From: a phage
DNA: 64,000 nt
Sequence record: PZ402301.1
Direction: 5' to 3' (one strand)
In this document: piece after piece, positions 53,196 to 63,068 of the stretch
How positions within the stretch are numbered: position 1 is the stretch's first letter
Layout: each line of letters opens with the position of its first letter
The notes under the pieces: generated by a model
Told to the model about the DNA's origin: nothing
Seen by the model: only the letters and a program-made list of their open reading frames with translations
Databases searched by the model: none
Made by a program: the position numbers and the translations under genes

Positions 53196-53827
53196 TCAAC
53201 TACCTCGATATCATACACTTTAAATGTTCCAAATGAATCGTGTAATTTTTCTTTTGAAATAGAAGTTATTTTATACTTTCCAATTGGAATCATCCATTCT
53301 TGTTCACGTACAATCATCATTAAGTTATCAGTACGTTCTGAATCTAATCCATCAGTATCTTCATATGTATACTTAAACTCAGTATTAGGAGAAGAAAGTA
53401 TAATATCGCTGATATGGTCAGAGTAATTAAAAGCTTTATCAGTTTTTAAGCGAAATATTATTTCAGTGGAATATTCAACATAAGAAAAACCGCATGCTGT
53501 GTGCAAACTAGTAGTAAATGAATCTACTCTGTTCGTTGAAAACACTTCTCCAACTTGTAAATCTTTAATGAGTTCTTTTGTCGATTTTGATATACCACGA
53601 TATAACTGATAAGGTGATTCAGTTAAATGCTTTTTAACGATTTTATTCAACTGCCGATGAAGAGCTTCATTCTTTTTGGCTTCCATACATTGCCAAAGAA
53701 CTGACTGTTCAAAGTCAGTAAATTTTTCACAGACCTTTTTATACATATCATATTGAAAATCGACACTTTCAGCTTTTATAGATAACTGTTCAACATCTGC
53801 AAGATTAATAATCATGATAGCCTCCAT
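53192..53827 (-). CDS. modB: ModB ADP-ribosyltransferase
   Basis: 211 aa; R-S-E pattern (LYRG, FSTN, EQEWMIP); paralogue of modA. Confidence 0.75.
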   Translation of the reverse strand: MEAIMIINLADVEQLSIKAESVDFQYDMYKKVCEKFTDFEQSVLWQCMEAKKNEALHRQLNKIVKKHLTESPYQLYRGISKSTKELIKDLQVGEVFSTNRVDSFTTSLHTACGFSYVEYSTEIIFRLKTDKAFNYSDHISDIILSSPNTEFKYTYEDTDGLDSERTDNLMMIVREQEWMIPIGKYKITSISKEKLHDSFGTFKVYDIEVVE

Positions 53828-53837
53828 ATACTTCAGA

Positions 53838-53872
53838 AGCTATCATATCATTGTTAGGAAGGAAAGTAAACA
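53838..53872 (-). promoter_or_regulatory. early promoter-like element upstream of modB
   Basis: GTTTAC (rc of 53866-53871), TATGAT -10. Confidence 0.5.
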
Positions 53873-53882
53873 ACTTTTTGAA

Positions 53883-54065
53883 TTATTTTGCCCAGGGAGC
53901 CCAGGGCGGAGGGTCAAGATGGTATGAAGCCAGTTCTTCTAGAAGAGCATCTGGGGCTTCAATTCCATAATTCTGTAATACTATACGGTACTCTTTCTTA
54001 TAATCACTAGAATCATTCTGGATATTCGTAGAATGATTATCTTCTAACATCTCAAATAAATCCAT
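53883..54065 (-). CDS. hypothetical protein, 60 aa
   Basis: ORF track. Confidence 0.45.
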   Translation of the reverse strand: MDLFEMLEDNHSTNIQNDSSDYKKEYRIVLQNYGIEAPDALLEELASYHLDPPPWAPWAK

Positions 54066-54073
54066 ATTAATTC

Positions 54074-54544
54074 CTAGCGATAAAAACCAAAATAACGATT
54101 AGCTTCAATAATCTTTCTTTCTTCTTCGGACATTCTCCAGCGTAGTCCAACATCAAAATGAGCCCAGACCATCTTAACAAATGCATTTATATCTTTAATA
54201 TCTTCAATAATGAATGTTTTACTTTTAGAAGGTTGACTCGCTAATTTAACTTTATCGTCTTCAAACAGGTCAAAAAGACCATATTCATGAGCTCTTTTAT
54301 AGCCTTTAATAGTTAAAGCTTCAGAAGAAGAAAATGGTGAATCAGTATTCTGCAAAATATCTTCAGTATGCTTTATAATTAGAATAACATTTTCTGGATA
54401 TTTTCTTTCTTTTATATCTTTAATTAAAATATCTGGATTTTCTGCTAAAGGAATAATTAATGAGCACTTTTTGTCAAGTGTATTTACCGATTTACCTTCT
54501 TTAGACATAAATTCTATTGAATAATGTTTTGCTACTTCAATCAT
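54074..54544 (-). CDS. hypothetical protein, 156 aa
   Basis: ORF track. Confidence 0.55.
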   Translation of the reverse strand: MIEVAKHYSIEFMSKEGKSVNTLDKKCSLIIPLAENPDILIKDIKERKYPENVILIIKHTEDILQNTDSPFSSSEALTIKGYKRAHEYGLFDLFEDDKVKLASQPSKSKTFIIEDIKDINAFVKMVWAHFDVGLRWRMSEEERKIIEANRYFGFYR

Positions 54545-54701
54545 GTGATTTCCTTTTGCCTACTAATGGGCCGTCAGGAATTTTGTTTTCCTGGATATAT
54601 TTCTCATTTTCTTCCATCATTTTACTGCCAATTTTAAGAAGCAAATCCAATGCTTCATTTGCTTTAGCCTTGGCCTCTTCTAGCGCCATATCTCTGTTCA
54701 T
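54537..54701 (-). CDS. hypothetical small protein, 54 aa
   Basis: Found by reading; ATG 54699-54701 with GGGGA RBS; not in ORF track. Confidence 0.4.
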   Translation of the reverse strand: MNRDMALEEAKAKANEALDLLLKIGSKMMEENEKYIQENKIPDGPLVGKRKSHD

Positions 54702-54901
54702 GATTTATCCCCATAGATGTCTCTCATCAATTTAAGCGCTGAGCGTTCTAATTTCTTTTCTTTCTCAACGCTAATCATTGATTTCATCCATTCTTCTGAT
54801 TCATTCTGCATTTCTTTATTTGCTTGTTCAACCCAACCATCGTCAATGTACATTGAGTTTGGTCTACTGAACCATTCAAGCATTTTCTTCAGAACTTTCA
54901 T
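54698..54901 (-). CDS. hypothetical protein, 67 aa (start uncertain)
   Basis: ORF track; no clear RBS at first ATG. Confidence 0.4.
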   Translation of the reverse strand: MKVLKKMLEWFSRPNSMYIDDGWVEQANKEMQNESEEWMKSMISVEKEKKLERSALKLMRDIYGDKS

Positions 54902-55361
54902 TTGTTTTACCTAAAACAACAGTAGGAGCATCATCAAATTCATGAATTTTGAGTAAATTTGGATGTAAACTATTCCACACAGAAGAAATAAAGTATGATA
55001 ACGCATCTTCACTCGCAATTATAAATTTATTTCCTTTATCTATTTTCCAACTATATAATGAATCATACGAATAGAAAGATAAAGGTTTATCATTATATTG
55101 TTCTGCACTAACATTAATGTATTCGGATTTAGTAAATGCTTCAATTGCTCTAAACGGAATATTTGGTACAGTTTCAATAATACCAATCTTTTTAAGCTTT
55201 ATTTCAGCATCTTCTGGAACTGGCATTGAAACGAAATTTTCTACTAGATACATTGGGTCACAATAACCCTTATCAATCATTACTGCTACTGTAATTGGAA
55301 TATCTTTAGCAAACGCCATGCTATCACTGCTAATATACATTTCAAACAAAATCGCTTCCAT
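54876..55361 (-). CDS. hypothetical protein, about 161 aa (T4 mrh position; start moved to ATG with GAGGAAA RBS)
   Basis: Internal ATG 55359-55361; positional assignment only. Confidence 0.55.
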   Translation of the reverse strand: MEAILFEMYISSDSMAFAKDIPITVAVMIDKGYCDPMYLVENFVSMPVPEDAEIKLKKIGIIETVPNIPFRAIEAFTKSEYINVSAEQYNDKPLSFYSYDSLYSWKIDKGNKFIIASEDALSYFISSVWNSLHPNLLKIHEFDDAPTVVLGKTNESSEENA

Positions 55362-55369
55362 AATTTTCC

Positions 55370-55711
55370 TCAATCGCAAGATGTAGATGAACAACTAGAA
55401 TCACAAGAACTTCCACATGAATCGCCCGTCCATGCATGAACAGGAACATTAGTGTCATATGAATCAGAACTAGACTGTGTATTCTGCGTATTAGATGATG
55501 TAGTAGGTGTTGACCAACGCCAAGGATTTTTATAATATTCCTGGGCTTCTTCATAAGTCATAGTAACCGCTTCTACTGTTCCATCTCTCATATAAACATA
55601 TTCAACTACAGTTAAAGGAAGGTAGTCATTTGAAATAGGAACTACACCTTCTCCAGGAGCTGTAGAGAAAAAATCCGTAAAGAAACTTTTAAACCAATTA
55701 AAGATAAACAT
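55370..55711 (-). CDS. hypothetical protein, 113 aa with Ser/Cys-rich C-terminal tail
   Basis: ORF track; C-terminus [15 protein letters not shown]. Confidence 0.55.
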   Translation of the reverse strand: MFIFNWFKSFFTDFFSTAPGEGVVPISNDYLPLTVVEYVYMRDGTVEAVTMTYEEAQEYYKNPWRWSTPTTSSNTQNTQSSSDSYDTNVPVHAWTGDSCGSSCDSSCSSTSCD

Positions 55712-55923
55712 TACAAAAAGCCTCTTTGAAATTCGACTCTTTGAAATCCACCCCAGTCAGTGTATCGCATTTCAGCATTGAACTCGACTGAACCATCTGC
55801 ATGCATCATGAATGAATGCGTGACGATATCACAATCCCAGCTTTTCATACCCCATTTATCAGAGATAGCTTTATCAAGAACCTTCTGGAGGTCTTCATTT
55901 GGTTTAATCCAACGATTTAACAT
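55711..55923 (-). CDS. hypothetical protein, 70 aa
   Basis: ORF track; promoter 55946-55980 upstream. Confidence 0.5.
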   Translation of the reverse strand: MLNRWIKPNEDLQKVLDKAISDKWGMKSWDCDIVTHSFMMHADGSVEFNAEMRYTDWGGFQRVEFQRGFL

Positions 55924-55945
55924 AGTGCTCTCCTCTATAAGATAA

Positions 55946-55980
55946 TTCTATTATACCATACTCATTGTGGAAAGTAAACC
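55946..55980 (-). promoter_or_regulatory. early promoter-like element downstream of soc terminator
   Basis: GTTTAC (rc of 55974-55979), TATAAT -10. Confidence 0.5.
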
Positions 55981-55984
55981 GGTA

Positions 55985-56013
55985 AAATGAAAAAGGACTC
56001 CCGAAGGAGTCCC
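55985..56013 (-). terminator. rho-independent terminator downstream of soc
   Basis: Hairpin GGACTCCttcgGGAGTCC, same stem as 2573-2592, followed by U-run. Confidence 0.75.
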
Positions 56014-56018
56014 TGAAT

Positions 56019-56264
56019 TTATTCACCAGTTACTTTCCACAAATCTTCGTTTGCAGCAATCCACGCAGCGCGTTGATTTTCTTCATATACTGTAGAATAT
56101 GCTGCTTTTTCTGAAGGGAATGTCTGGTAATGAGCGCCAGAAATTTTGTGAACGTCAGAATAAAGAGGGAAAGCTACAGAAATTTCCTTTCCTTCAATTT
56201 TCTTATTTCCATCTAATTTCTGCTCAAACGTTTTGATATTAACATAACCGCGAGTACTAGCCAT
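56019..56264 (-). CDS. soc: Soc small outer capsid protein
   Basis: 81-aa ORF; sequence MASTRGYVNIKTFEQKLDGNKKIEG... matches T4 Soc; own late promoter; hairpin terminator downstream. Confidence 0.9.
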   Translation of the reverse strand: MASTRGYVNIKTFEQKLDGNKKIEGKEISVAFPLYSDVHKISGAHYQTFPSEKAAYSTVYEENQRAAWIAANEDLWKVTGE

Positions 56265-56294
56265 GTAATTCTCCTTTTATTTAAATTACATGAT

Positions 56295-56302
56295 TATTTA
56301 TA
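56295..56302 (-). promoter_or_regulatory. late promoter TATAAATA for soc
   Basis: Reverse-complement TATAAATA about 30 nt upstream of soc ATG. Confidence 0.75.
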
Positions 56303-56346
56303 ATAATTCTCGCGGCTTTTAAGTCGTCGTTTAAATAAACAAGCTA

Positions 56347-56865
56347 TTAATAACCTCGGTCTTGACGAGCGAAGTTTTCAGCATTTTTCAGATAATAAAG
56401 TTTAAAGATTTCTTCAGCAGTAAGGCCGAGACCTTGGAACATGTTCAGAACGAAATGAAGAATATCAATCATTTCGAATTTAATTTCCAACTGGTCTTGT
56501 GGAGACAAATCAGTAATTAGAGTTTCACGGCGTTCACCATGCTGTGACTTCCAAGGCTTCCATACAGCAGATGCATCTTTTTCACCATTGCTCATACCAC
56601 CAAGAGAAGTCAGAAGTTCGCGGAATTCATCATCAATGTAATCTTTCTGATTACGCAACCAATCAACAACTTCACCTGCAGTAGCCAAATCATCAGGATG
56701 ACGGTTATATTCAGGTTTATCTTTAGCTAAACGAACCTGCAAAGATTTCTGCATATCAAGCATAACCTGCAGCGGGTCTTTTTCATCACCGAGAATATCC
56801 CAGTATTCATTTTGAGCTTTATCAGCGCCTTCGATCAGTTGACTACATTCGTTAAAGTATGCCAT
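56347..56865 (-). CDS. 56: dCTPase/dUTPase (gp56)
   Basis: 172 aa from ATG at MAYFNECSQ; MazG-like nucleotide pyrophosphohydrolase pattern. Confidence 0.85.
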   Translation of the reverse strand: MAYFNECSQLIEGADKAQNEYWDILGDEKDPLQVMLDMQKSLQVRLAKDKPEYNRHPDDLATAGEVVDWLRNQKDYIDDEFRELLTSLGGMSNGEKDASAVWKPWKSQHGERRETLITDLSPQDQLEIKFEMIDILHFVLNMFQGLGLTAEEIFKLYYLKNAENFARQDRGY

Positions 56866-56925
56866 TATTTTTCCTTTCAATTCATTAATAAGTTAAATAA
56901 TTATATCATTTGAATATATAAGCAA

Positions 56926-58265
<1,340 letters not shown>

Positions 58266-58285
58266 TATATTATCCTCAGCAGTTT

Positions 58286-58321
58286 ATTTTATAATACCAC
58301 AACAAGCTGAGAAAGTAAACA
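58286..58321 (-). promoter_or_regulatory. early promoter-like element upstream of the 186-aa ORF and dam
   Basis: GTTTAC (rc of 58315-58320), TATTATAA -10. Confidence 0.55.
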
Positions 58322-58369
58322 AATTTTGTAAAATTTGCGATAAATATTTAATTTAAAGGAGGACGACGC

Positions 58370-58570
58370 ATGGTACAAAAATTAATGGCACTTGTTAATG
58401 CCATCAAAGGTAATAAAAAACGTATAGCTTTTACTATTTCTGCTATGATAGGAATTTTACTTTGGAATTTTGTTTTATCGCCAATTGCTATTGCTCATGG
58501 CGTTAATATTCCAGTAATTACTCTTGATACATTCGTAGATTTAGCATTTGCTTTGGTTGGGTTAATTTAA
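58370..58570 (+). CDS. hypothetical small membrane protein, 66 aa, on opposite strand to flanking early genes
   Basis: AAGGAGG RBS 7 nt upstream of ATG; two hydrophobic segments; stop overlaps gene 61 stop convergently. Confidence 0.45.
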   Translation: MVQKLMALVNAIKGNKKRIAFTISAMIGILLWNFVLSPIAIAHGVNIPVITLDTFVDLAFALVGLI

Positions 58571-59595
58571 ATCTTAGCATATTTAGATAGCCGCATTTTA
58601 GCCATCAACCCTTGGGCAATATTATTTTTCATATATTCCATAATTTGTTCAGGGGTTGCACCTTCCTTTCTAATCATATCATTAACATCTTTTGATTTCC
58701 AGGGAGATTTATCCCAAAACATAACCCTTTCTCCTGCATCAACTAATTTAGTCATTCGTTTAATAGTGTCAGGATGACGAGGTTCATTATCTAAAACCCA
58801 TACACGTCTATCTTTAAATGGAACAATTTCTAGGTCTAATTGACCACCTGTAATAGCTATACCATTTTCAATAAAAAGTGAATCTATAGGTCCTTCTAGA
58901 ACATATACATCACCATCTTTGACCCGTTCAACGCCATAGATTTTTGTTGCCTCAGGATAAGCTTTGATGGTGATATATTTTTGAGGAGCATCTTTCTTTA
59001 ATGCACGGCCTTGAAAAGACTCAGCTTTTCCATTAGCATTATAAATTGGAATAACAAGACGAGGCTCAGGTATTTCCTTTTTATATGTTCCTGGCGCTAT
59101 ACTATTAACTAATTTAGGCCATTCAGTTGTAAACCAAAGATATTTCCATTTATCCTTTGGAATACAACGGGCTTTTACATATTTTATAATTGGATGGTCT
59201 TCCGCCAGTTTATCTAATCTAACGCATGACGGAAGAGATTTAATTATTTTCTTCTCAGGTTGTTTAGGAAGTTCTTTAGGTTTTTCTACTGGACGACTTT
59301 TACCTTTTTCTTTTCTTATTTCAAAGATATACTCACGATATAAATCAGGTTCAAACTCCTTTAAATATATTCCGATTGGTGCATGATAGTTACAGTTATA
59401 ACAATGAATATTTCCTTCATTATTATCGCCGTAATACCATCCACGGGCTTTATTTTGGTCGGTTTTTGAATCTCCACAAACAGGGCATCTAAACCGCAAT
59501 TTAAAAGTTGAACTATTATTTACTTGTGTGAATTTAGGTAAATGAGCTAATGCACGGTATGCAAACTCATTATCAATCCAAGGTATTGATGACAT
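58567..59595 (-). CDS. 61: DNA primase (gp61)
   Basis: 342 aa; N-terminal zinc ribbon CPVC...CYNC; TOPRIM-like region. Confidence 0.9.
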   Translation of the reverse strand: MSSIPWIDNEFAYRALAHLPKFTQVNNSSTFKLRFRCPVCGDSKTDQNKARGWYYGDNNEGNIHCYNCNYHAPIGIYLKEFEPDLYREYIFEIRKEKGKSRPVEKPKELPKQPEKKIIKSLPSCVRLDKLAEDHPIIKYVKARCIPKDKWKYLWFTTEWPKLVNSIAPGTYKKEIPEPRLVIPIYNANGKAESFQGRALKKDAPQKYITIKAYPEATKIYGVERVKDGDVYVLEGPIDSLFIENGIAITGGQLDLEIVPFKDRRVWVLDNEPRHPDTIKRMTKLVDAGERVMFWDKSPWKSKDVNDMIRKEGATPEQIMEYMKNNIAQGLMAKMRLSKYAKI

Positions 59596-59763
59596 TTTTA
59601 CTCTTCTTTTTCTTTAGATTCCTCTTTTTTCTTTTTAGGAATCTGTTCAGGACCTTTATTTACTACAGCACCTGACGTTGTTCCAGTAGAGATATTTTCA
59701 GGATTACCACCTGAATCTCCAGCGACCATATCTTCTTTGATAAATTCTTTATATGTTTTCATA

Positions 59764-60120
59764 TTAACCTCTATTCATAAAAGCATTAAAAATTTGGTCA
59801 TCAATCGATGGAATAGCAACCTTTTCGGCATCATTTAGCAAATCATTAATTTCATCAGATAGCATAACGCATGTACCTTTATTTCCTGTAATTGTTACTG
59901 CACAATTACGAACGTTTTCTTTATCAAATTTTAGGTTAATATTTTCGTAGTGAAAATCCTTTAATGCCGAATATATTTTTAAAATGAAATTGTCTTTTAC
60001 TACAATAAACCCAACCTCACTATTAAAACGTGGTTCATGGAAACTGTAATAAACCTTTTCATCTATAAAATCGTATGAAATTTTTTCCATTTTTAAATAT
60101 GAAAATTCAGAACTATACAT
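59764..60120 (-). CDS. hypothetical protein, 118 aa (61.x block)
   Basis: ORF track. Confidence 0.55.
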   Translation of the reverse strand: MYSSEFSYLKMEKISYDFIDEKVYYSFHEPRFNSEVGFIVVKDNFILKIYSALKDFHYENINLKFDKENVRNCAVTITGNKGTCVMLSDEINDLLNDAEKVAIPSIDDQIFNAFMNRG

Positions 60121-60132
60121 ACTAACCTCTAA

Positions 60133-60426
60133 TTACTCACCTACCACTTCAGCGATGATATTTTTATTATTGAAGTTTTTATCACAATACAGAACGTAAT
60201 TATACTGCATTACACCACCAGACTTAAGCTGTTTTTGTACTTCAGCTTTCATTTCAGGGCGATCACGCTCAACGATATTCATAATATCTGCTTCAATCTG
60301 AGTTTCAACCTCAGTCTGATCTGCGGTCATAGACCATTCACACAAATCTTTATCATAACCTGCCATAGCAGGCTGAGCAGCACAAGAAGCCAAAGCAAAA
60401 ATTGCAGCAAAAACAAATTTTTTCAT
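60133..60426 (-). CDS. sp: Spackle periplasmic protein (superinfection exclusion / lysozyme inhibitor)
   Basis: 97 aa; cleavable signal peptide MKKFVFAAIFALASCAAQPAMA; position and length as T4 sp (61.3). Confidence 0.8.
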   Translation of the reverse strand: MKKFVFAAIFALASCAAQPAMAGYDKDLCEWSMTADQTEVETQIEADIMNIVERDRPEMKAEVQKQLKSGGVMQYNYVLYCDKNFNNKNIIAEVVGE

Positions 60427-60449
60427 GATAATCTCCTCAGTAGTTTATG

Positions 60450-60485
60450 TTTATATAATATCTCAATTTCCAACAAAAGTAAACT
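60450..60485 (-). promoter_or_regulatory. early promoter-like element upstream of sp
   Basis: GTTTAC (rc of 60479-60484), TATATAA -10. Confidence 0.5.
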
Positions 60486-60738
60486 ATTTTATTTTCTCAA
60501 GTTCGTTAATCAATAAAAGTTCTCTGACGCTAAAAACAAAGAAAAATGTGTTTCCATCAACCAGAGCATGACCGCTAATAGAACACCCTCTGCGGAATTT
60601 AGAAACTTCACAATCTAGAACTGTAAAGGGTTTTAATCCTATGACTTTAGCTGTGCGTCTATTCAGTTCACAACCACTTGCGAATTTTTCCAAATCTTCT
60701 TCTGATTTAAACTGATATTCTCTATTAACTAGCATCAT
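60484..60738 (-). CDS. hypothetical protein, 84 aa (61.4 position)
   Basis: ORF track; promoter 60766-60800 upstream. Confidence 0.5.
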   Translation of the reverse strand: MMLVNREYQFKSEEDLEKFASGCELNRRTAKVIGLKPFTVLDCEVSKFRRGCSISGHALVDGNTFFFVFSVRELLLINELEKIK

Positions 60739-60765
60739 TTTCTTTTCTCCGCGATTAGCTGATAG

Positions 60766-60800
60766 AATTACTATAACACAACTCTATCAGCTTGTAAACT
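60766..60800 (-). promoter_or_regulatory. early promoter-like element
   Basis: GTTTAC (rc of 60794-60799), TATAGTAA -10. Confidence 0.5.
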
Positions 60801-60822
60801 ACTATTTTACTAGCATCAATAA

Positions 60823-61044
60823 CTATTTCTCTAACTTGACGATTTTACGAAAGTATCTTTTGCATTGACGAATCTGTCGCTTCGTAGGGCGCACAGCAAA
60901 CTTAATAAATTCCACTCGACCAAATGGAGGGCTTTCTTCTGCTGGAATATCTAACACCAATTCCCACGTATCTGCAACAAGTGCTTTGAATTGAGTATTT
61001 TTCCTGACATTATACGGAGTAGGTTTAAATAAAACAATGTGCAT
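60823..61044 (-). CDS. hypothetical protein, about 73 aa (start uncertain)
   Basis: Track ORF overlaps dmd; trimmed to internal ATG 61042-61044. Confidence 0.4.
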   Translation of the reverse strand: MHIVLFKPTPYNVRKNTQFKALVADTWELVLDIPAEESPPFGRVEFIKFAVRPTKRQIRQCKRYFRKIVKLEK

Positions 61045-61045
61045 A

Positions 61046-61228
61046 TTATCCTCGGCAATCCACTTCGCATACTTTCTTGTCATCAATGAAAGCTTTAACT
61101 AATGCTTTATTAACTTCAGCATATTGAGTAGTAGCCCATTGAACGTCGTCTTTCATCATTGTGATTTCTTTAGTAAACATGCTTTCATTCTTAAACCACC
61201 CCATAAAAACTACCTTTACCAATTCCAT
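61046..61228 (-). CDS. dmd: Dmd antitoxin-like protein (inhibitor of host RnlA/LsoA toxins)
   Basis: 60 aa, T4 Dmd (61.5) length and position next to gene 41. Confidence 0.75.
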   Translation of the reverse strand: MELVKVVFMGWFKNESMFTKEITMMKDDVQWATTQYAEVNKALVKAFIDDKKVCEVDCRG

Positions 61229-61252
61229 AACAATCTCCTCATTTAACCAACA

Positions 61253-61287
61253 AGACTACTATACCATAGTCTTGTCAGCTTGTAAAC
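61253..61287 (-). promoter_or_regulatory. early promoter-like element upstream of dmd
   Basis: GTTTAC (rc of 61281-61286), TATAGTAG -10. Confidence 0.5.
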
Positions 61288-62714
61288 TAAAATTTTAATT
61301 CATTTGCCAAAGCATCTAACTGGGCTCGAGTAGATTCGTTTCTTTGATAGCGATTCTGCTCAGCCTGAATCTGCTGTGAACCTGCTACTTCGTTAACTTC
61401 AGTTGGAGTAGAATCTTGCTCAATTTCTACCCATTTTTGATTTCCTTTTTGAACACCCATCAAAAACTTATTCCATTTATTCTTATCACCATATCGTGAT
61501 TTGATTTGCTTAATGAGTTGTTGTTCAGCAGCTGCTAACTCCTCGGTTTCAATGACCGCAAGCATAAAATCAGCTGTTGCTGGAAGACCGGCGGATTCTG
61601 CAATATCGCTCATGTTAACATCAGAAGAATCCCAAGCTTGCTTACCAACCTGTGCTGCAGTCCAAAGAACAGTTTCGGTTTCAACAGCCAGAGCACGCAA
61701 TTCCTCTGCGATAGCTTTAACAGTTGTGTAACTATTTTCTGAATAAACTCTGATGCGACAAGATTTACAAATACCCAGATAGTCAACAATAATGATTGTT
61801 GGAACAAAATTCTTCTTGAGCTTCAATTCGTTCAAAAGAGAACGAAATGTATTAGCGTCTGCTCCACCAGTAGGATACTGTTTGACGATTAAACGTCCAA
61901 GAGTAGATTTCTCACGCCATTTTTCCATTTTTCCTTTATACTCAGCGTAAGAAATATGCCCATCATCAATGTCATCAAGAGAAACGTCAAGCATATTAGC
62001 ATCAATACGTTTAGCACAGACTTCTTCTGCCATTTCCATGGAAATGTAAAGAACATTATGTCCGAGCTGCAAATAATCTGCTGCTAATGAACACAATCCT
62101 AATGACTTACCAACGTTAACACCAGCCATTAAAACGTTCAGTGTTCCAGTTTCAGCTCCGCCTTTAGTAATTTTATTTAGAATTTTGAGTTTAAATGGAA
62201 CTTTACGAGCTTTATTCATATAAGATAGCCAACGTGCTTCGTAGTCATCCATCCAATCATGACCGACGTAGCTATCAAATGAAATTGATAATGCTTGGCG
62301 CATGATGTCAGGAATAGCACCTACATCTGGCATTTTCTTATTTCGTTTTTCTGGAGGAAGCTCAGCATTGGTTTGGATTTCAATTATTTTAGATGTGGCG
62401 TTAAACATCGCCCTTTGCTGAACATATTTTTCTGTTTCTTTTACTAACCAGCTGTGGTCTTCCGGAGAATCGGTTAGTTTCGAAATAAGTGTTTTTACAC
62501 CAGAATATTCTGTTTCAGTAAATGAACTATTTTCTAATGCAACATTTAACGCATTAATAGATGGAACGCTATGGTACTCATTGACATGAGATTTAATTAA
62601 TTTGAATGTATTTTTAGCTGGACCACTTTCAAAATATTCTGAATCCATATATGGCCAAACTTTTGAAAAATAAGCTTGATCAAATATGAGATGAGAAAGA
62701 ATAATTTCTACCAC
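61287..62714 (-). CDS. 41: replicative DNA helicase (gp41, DnaB-like)
   Basis: 475 aa, T4 gp41 length; Walker A GVNVGKS. Confidence 0.95.
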   Translation of the reverse strand: MVEIILSHLIFDQAYFSKVWPYMDSEYFESGPAKNTFKLIKSHVNEYHSVPSINALNVALENSSFTETEYSGVKTLISKLTDSPEDHSWLVKETEKYVQQRAMFNATSKIIEIQTNAELPPEKRNKKMPDVGAIPDIMRQALSISFDSYVGHDWMDDYEARWLSYMNKARKVPFKLKILNKITKGGAETGTLNVLMAGVNVGKSLGLCSLAADYLQLGHNVLYISMEMAEEVCAKRIDANMLDVSLDDIDDGHISYAEYKGKMEKWREKSTLGRLIVKQYPTGGADANTFRSLLNELKLKKNFVPTIIIVDYLGICKSCRIRVYSENSYTTVKAIAEELRALAVETETVLWTAAQVGKQAWDSSDVNMSDIAESAGLPATADFMLAVIETEELAAAEQQLIKQIKSRYGDKNKWNKFLMGVQKGNQKWVEIEQDSTPTEVNEVAGSQQIQAEQNRYQRNESTRAQLDALANELKF

Positions 62715-62723
62715 ACTTACTCC

Positions 62724-63068
62724 TTAAAATAATTTAAATTTTTTCTTTGACCTTTTATTAAATGCATCTTGTAGTTGCATTGTAATACATTTTTCTACAT
62801 GAGGAGCTAACTCAGCTTTTCTTTCTTGGTCAAGAACAGCAAAGTCCATTACGACTTTTCCATCAACCCAATCTAATTTTGTCACATACACAATGTGTGT
62901 AGAACCGTCTTCTAGTTTAATGACAATCTCCTGGATAACATTTTCCATAGCAGATTTAATTATCTTAAGAGATTCATTAAAAAGACGTTCTTTTCTTTCT
63001 TCTTCCCCCTCCGAAGAGGGGGATTCATCGATAATTTCTAGATCTAAATCTAAATCATCTTTATTCAT
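62724..63068 (-). CDS. 40: gp40 head vertex assembly chaperone
   Basis: About 114 aa from ATG 63066-63068 (track ORF starts upstream at GTG and overlaps uvsX); position uvsX-40-41. Confidence 0.75.
   Translation of the reverse strand: MNKDDLDLDLEIIDESPSSEGEEERKERLFNESLKIIKSAMENVIQEIVIKLEDGSTHIVYVTKLDWVDGKVVMDFAVLDQERKAELAPHVEKCITMQLQDAFNKRSKKKFKLF

Noticed and set aside
55342-55554. 70-aa same-strand ORF overlapping the 113-aa ORF
   Set aside because: Out-of-frame overlap; His/Leu-rich low-complexity product; the 113-aa frame has the consistent stop-to-start spacing with its neighbours.
59663-59761. 32-aa ORF in the 61/61.x intergenic spacer
   Set aside because: Has an AGAGG site but is very short; the longer open frame in the same spacer lacks any start codon; too weak to call.
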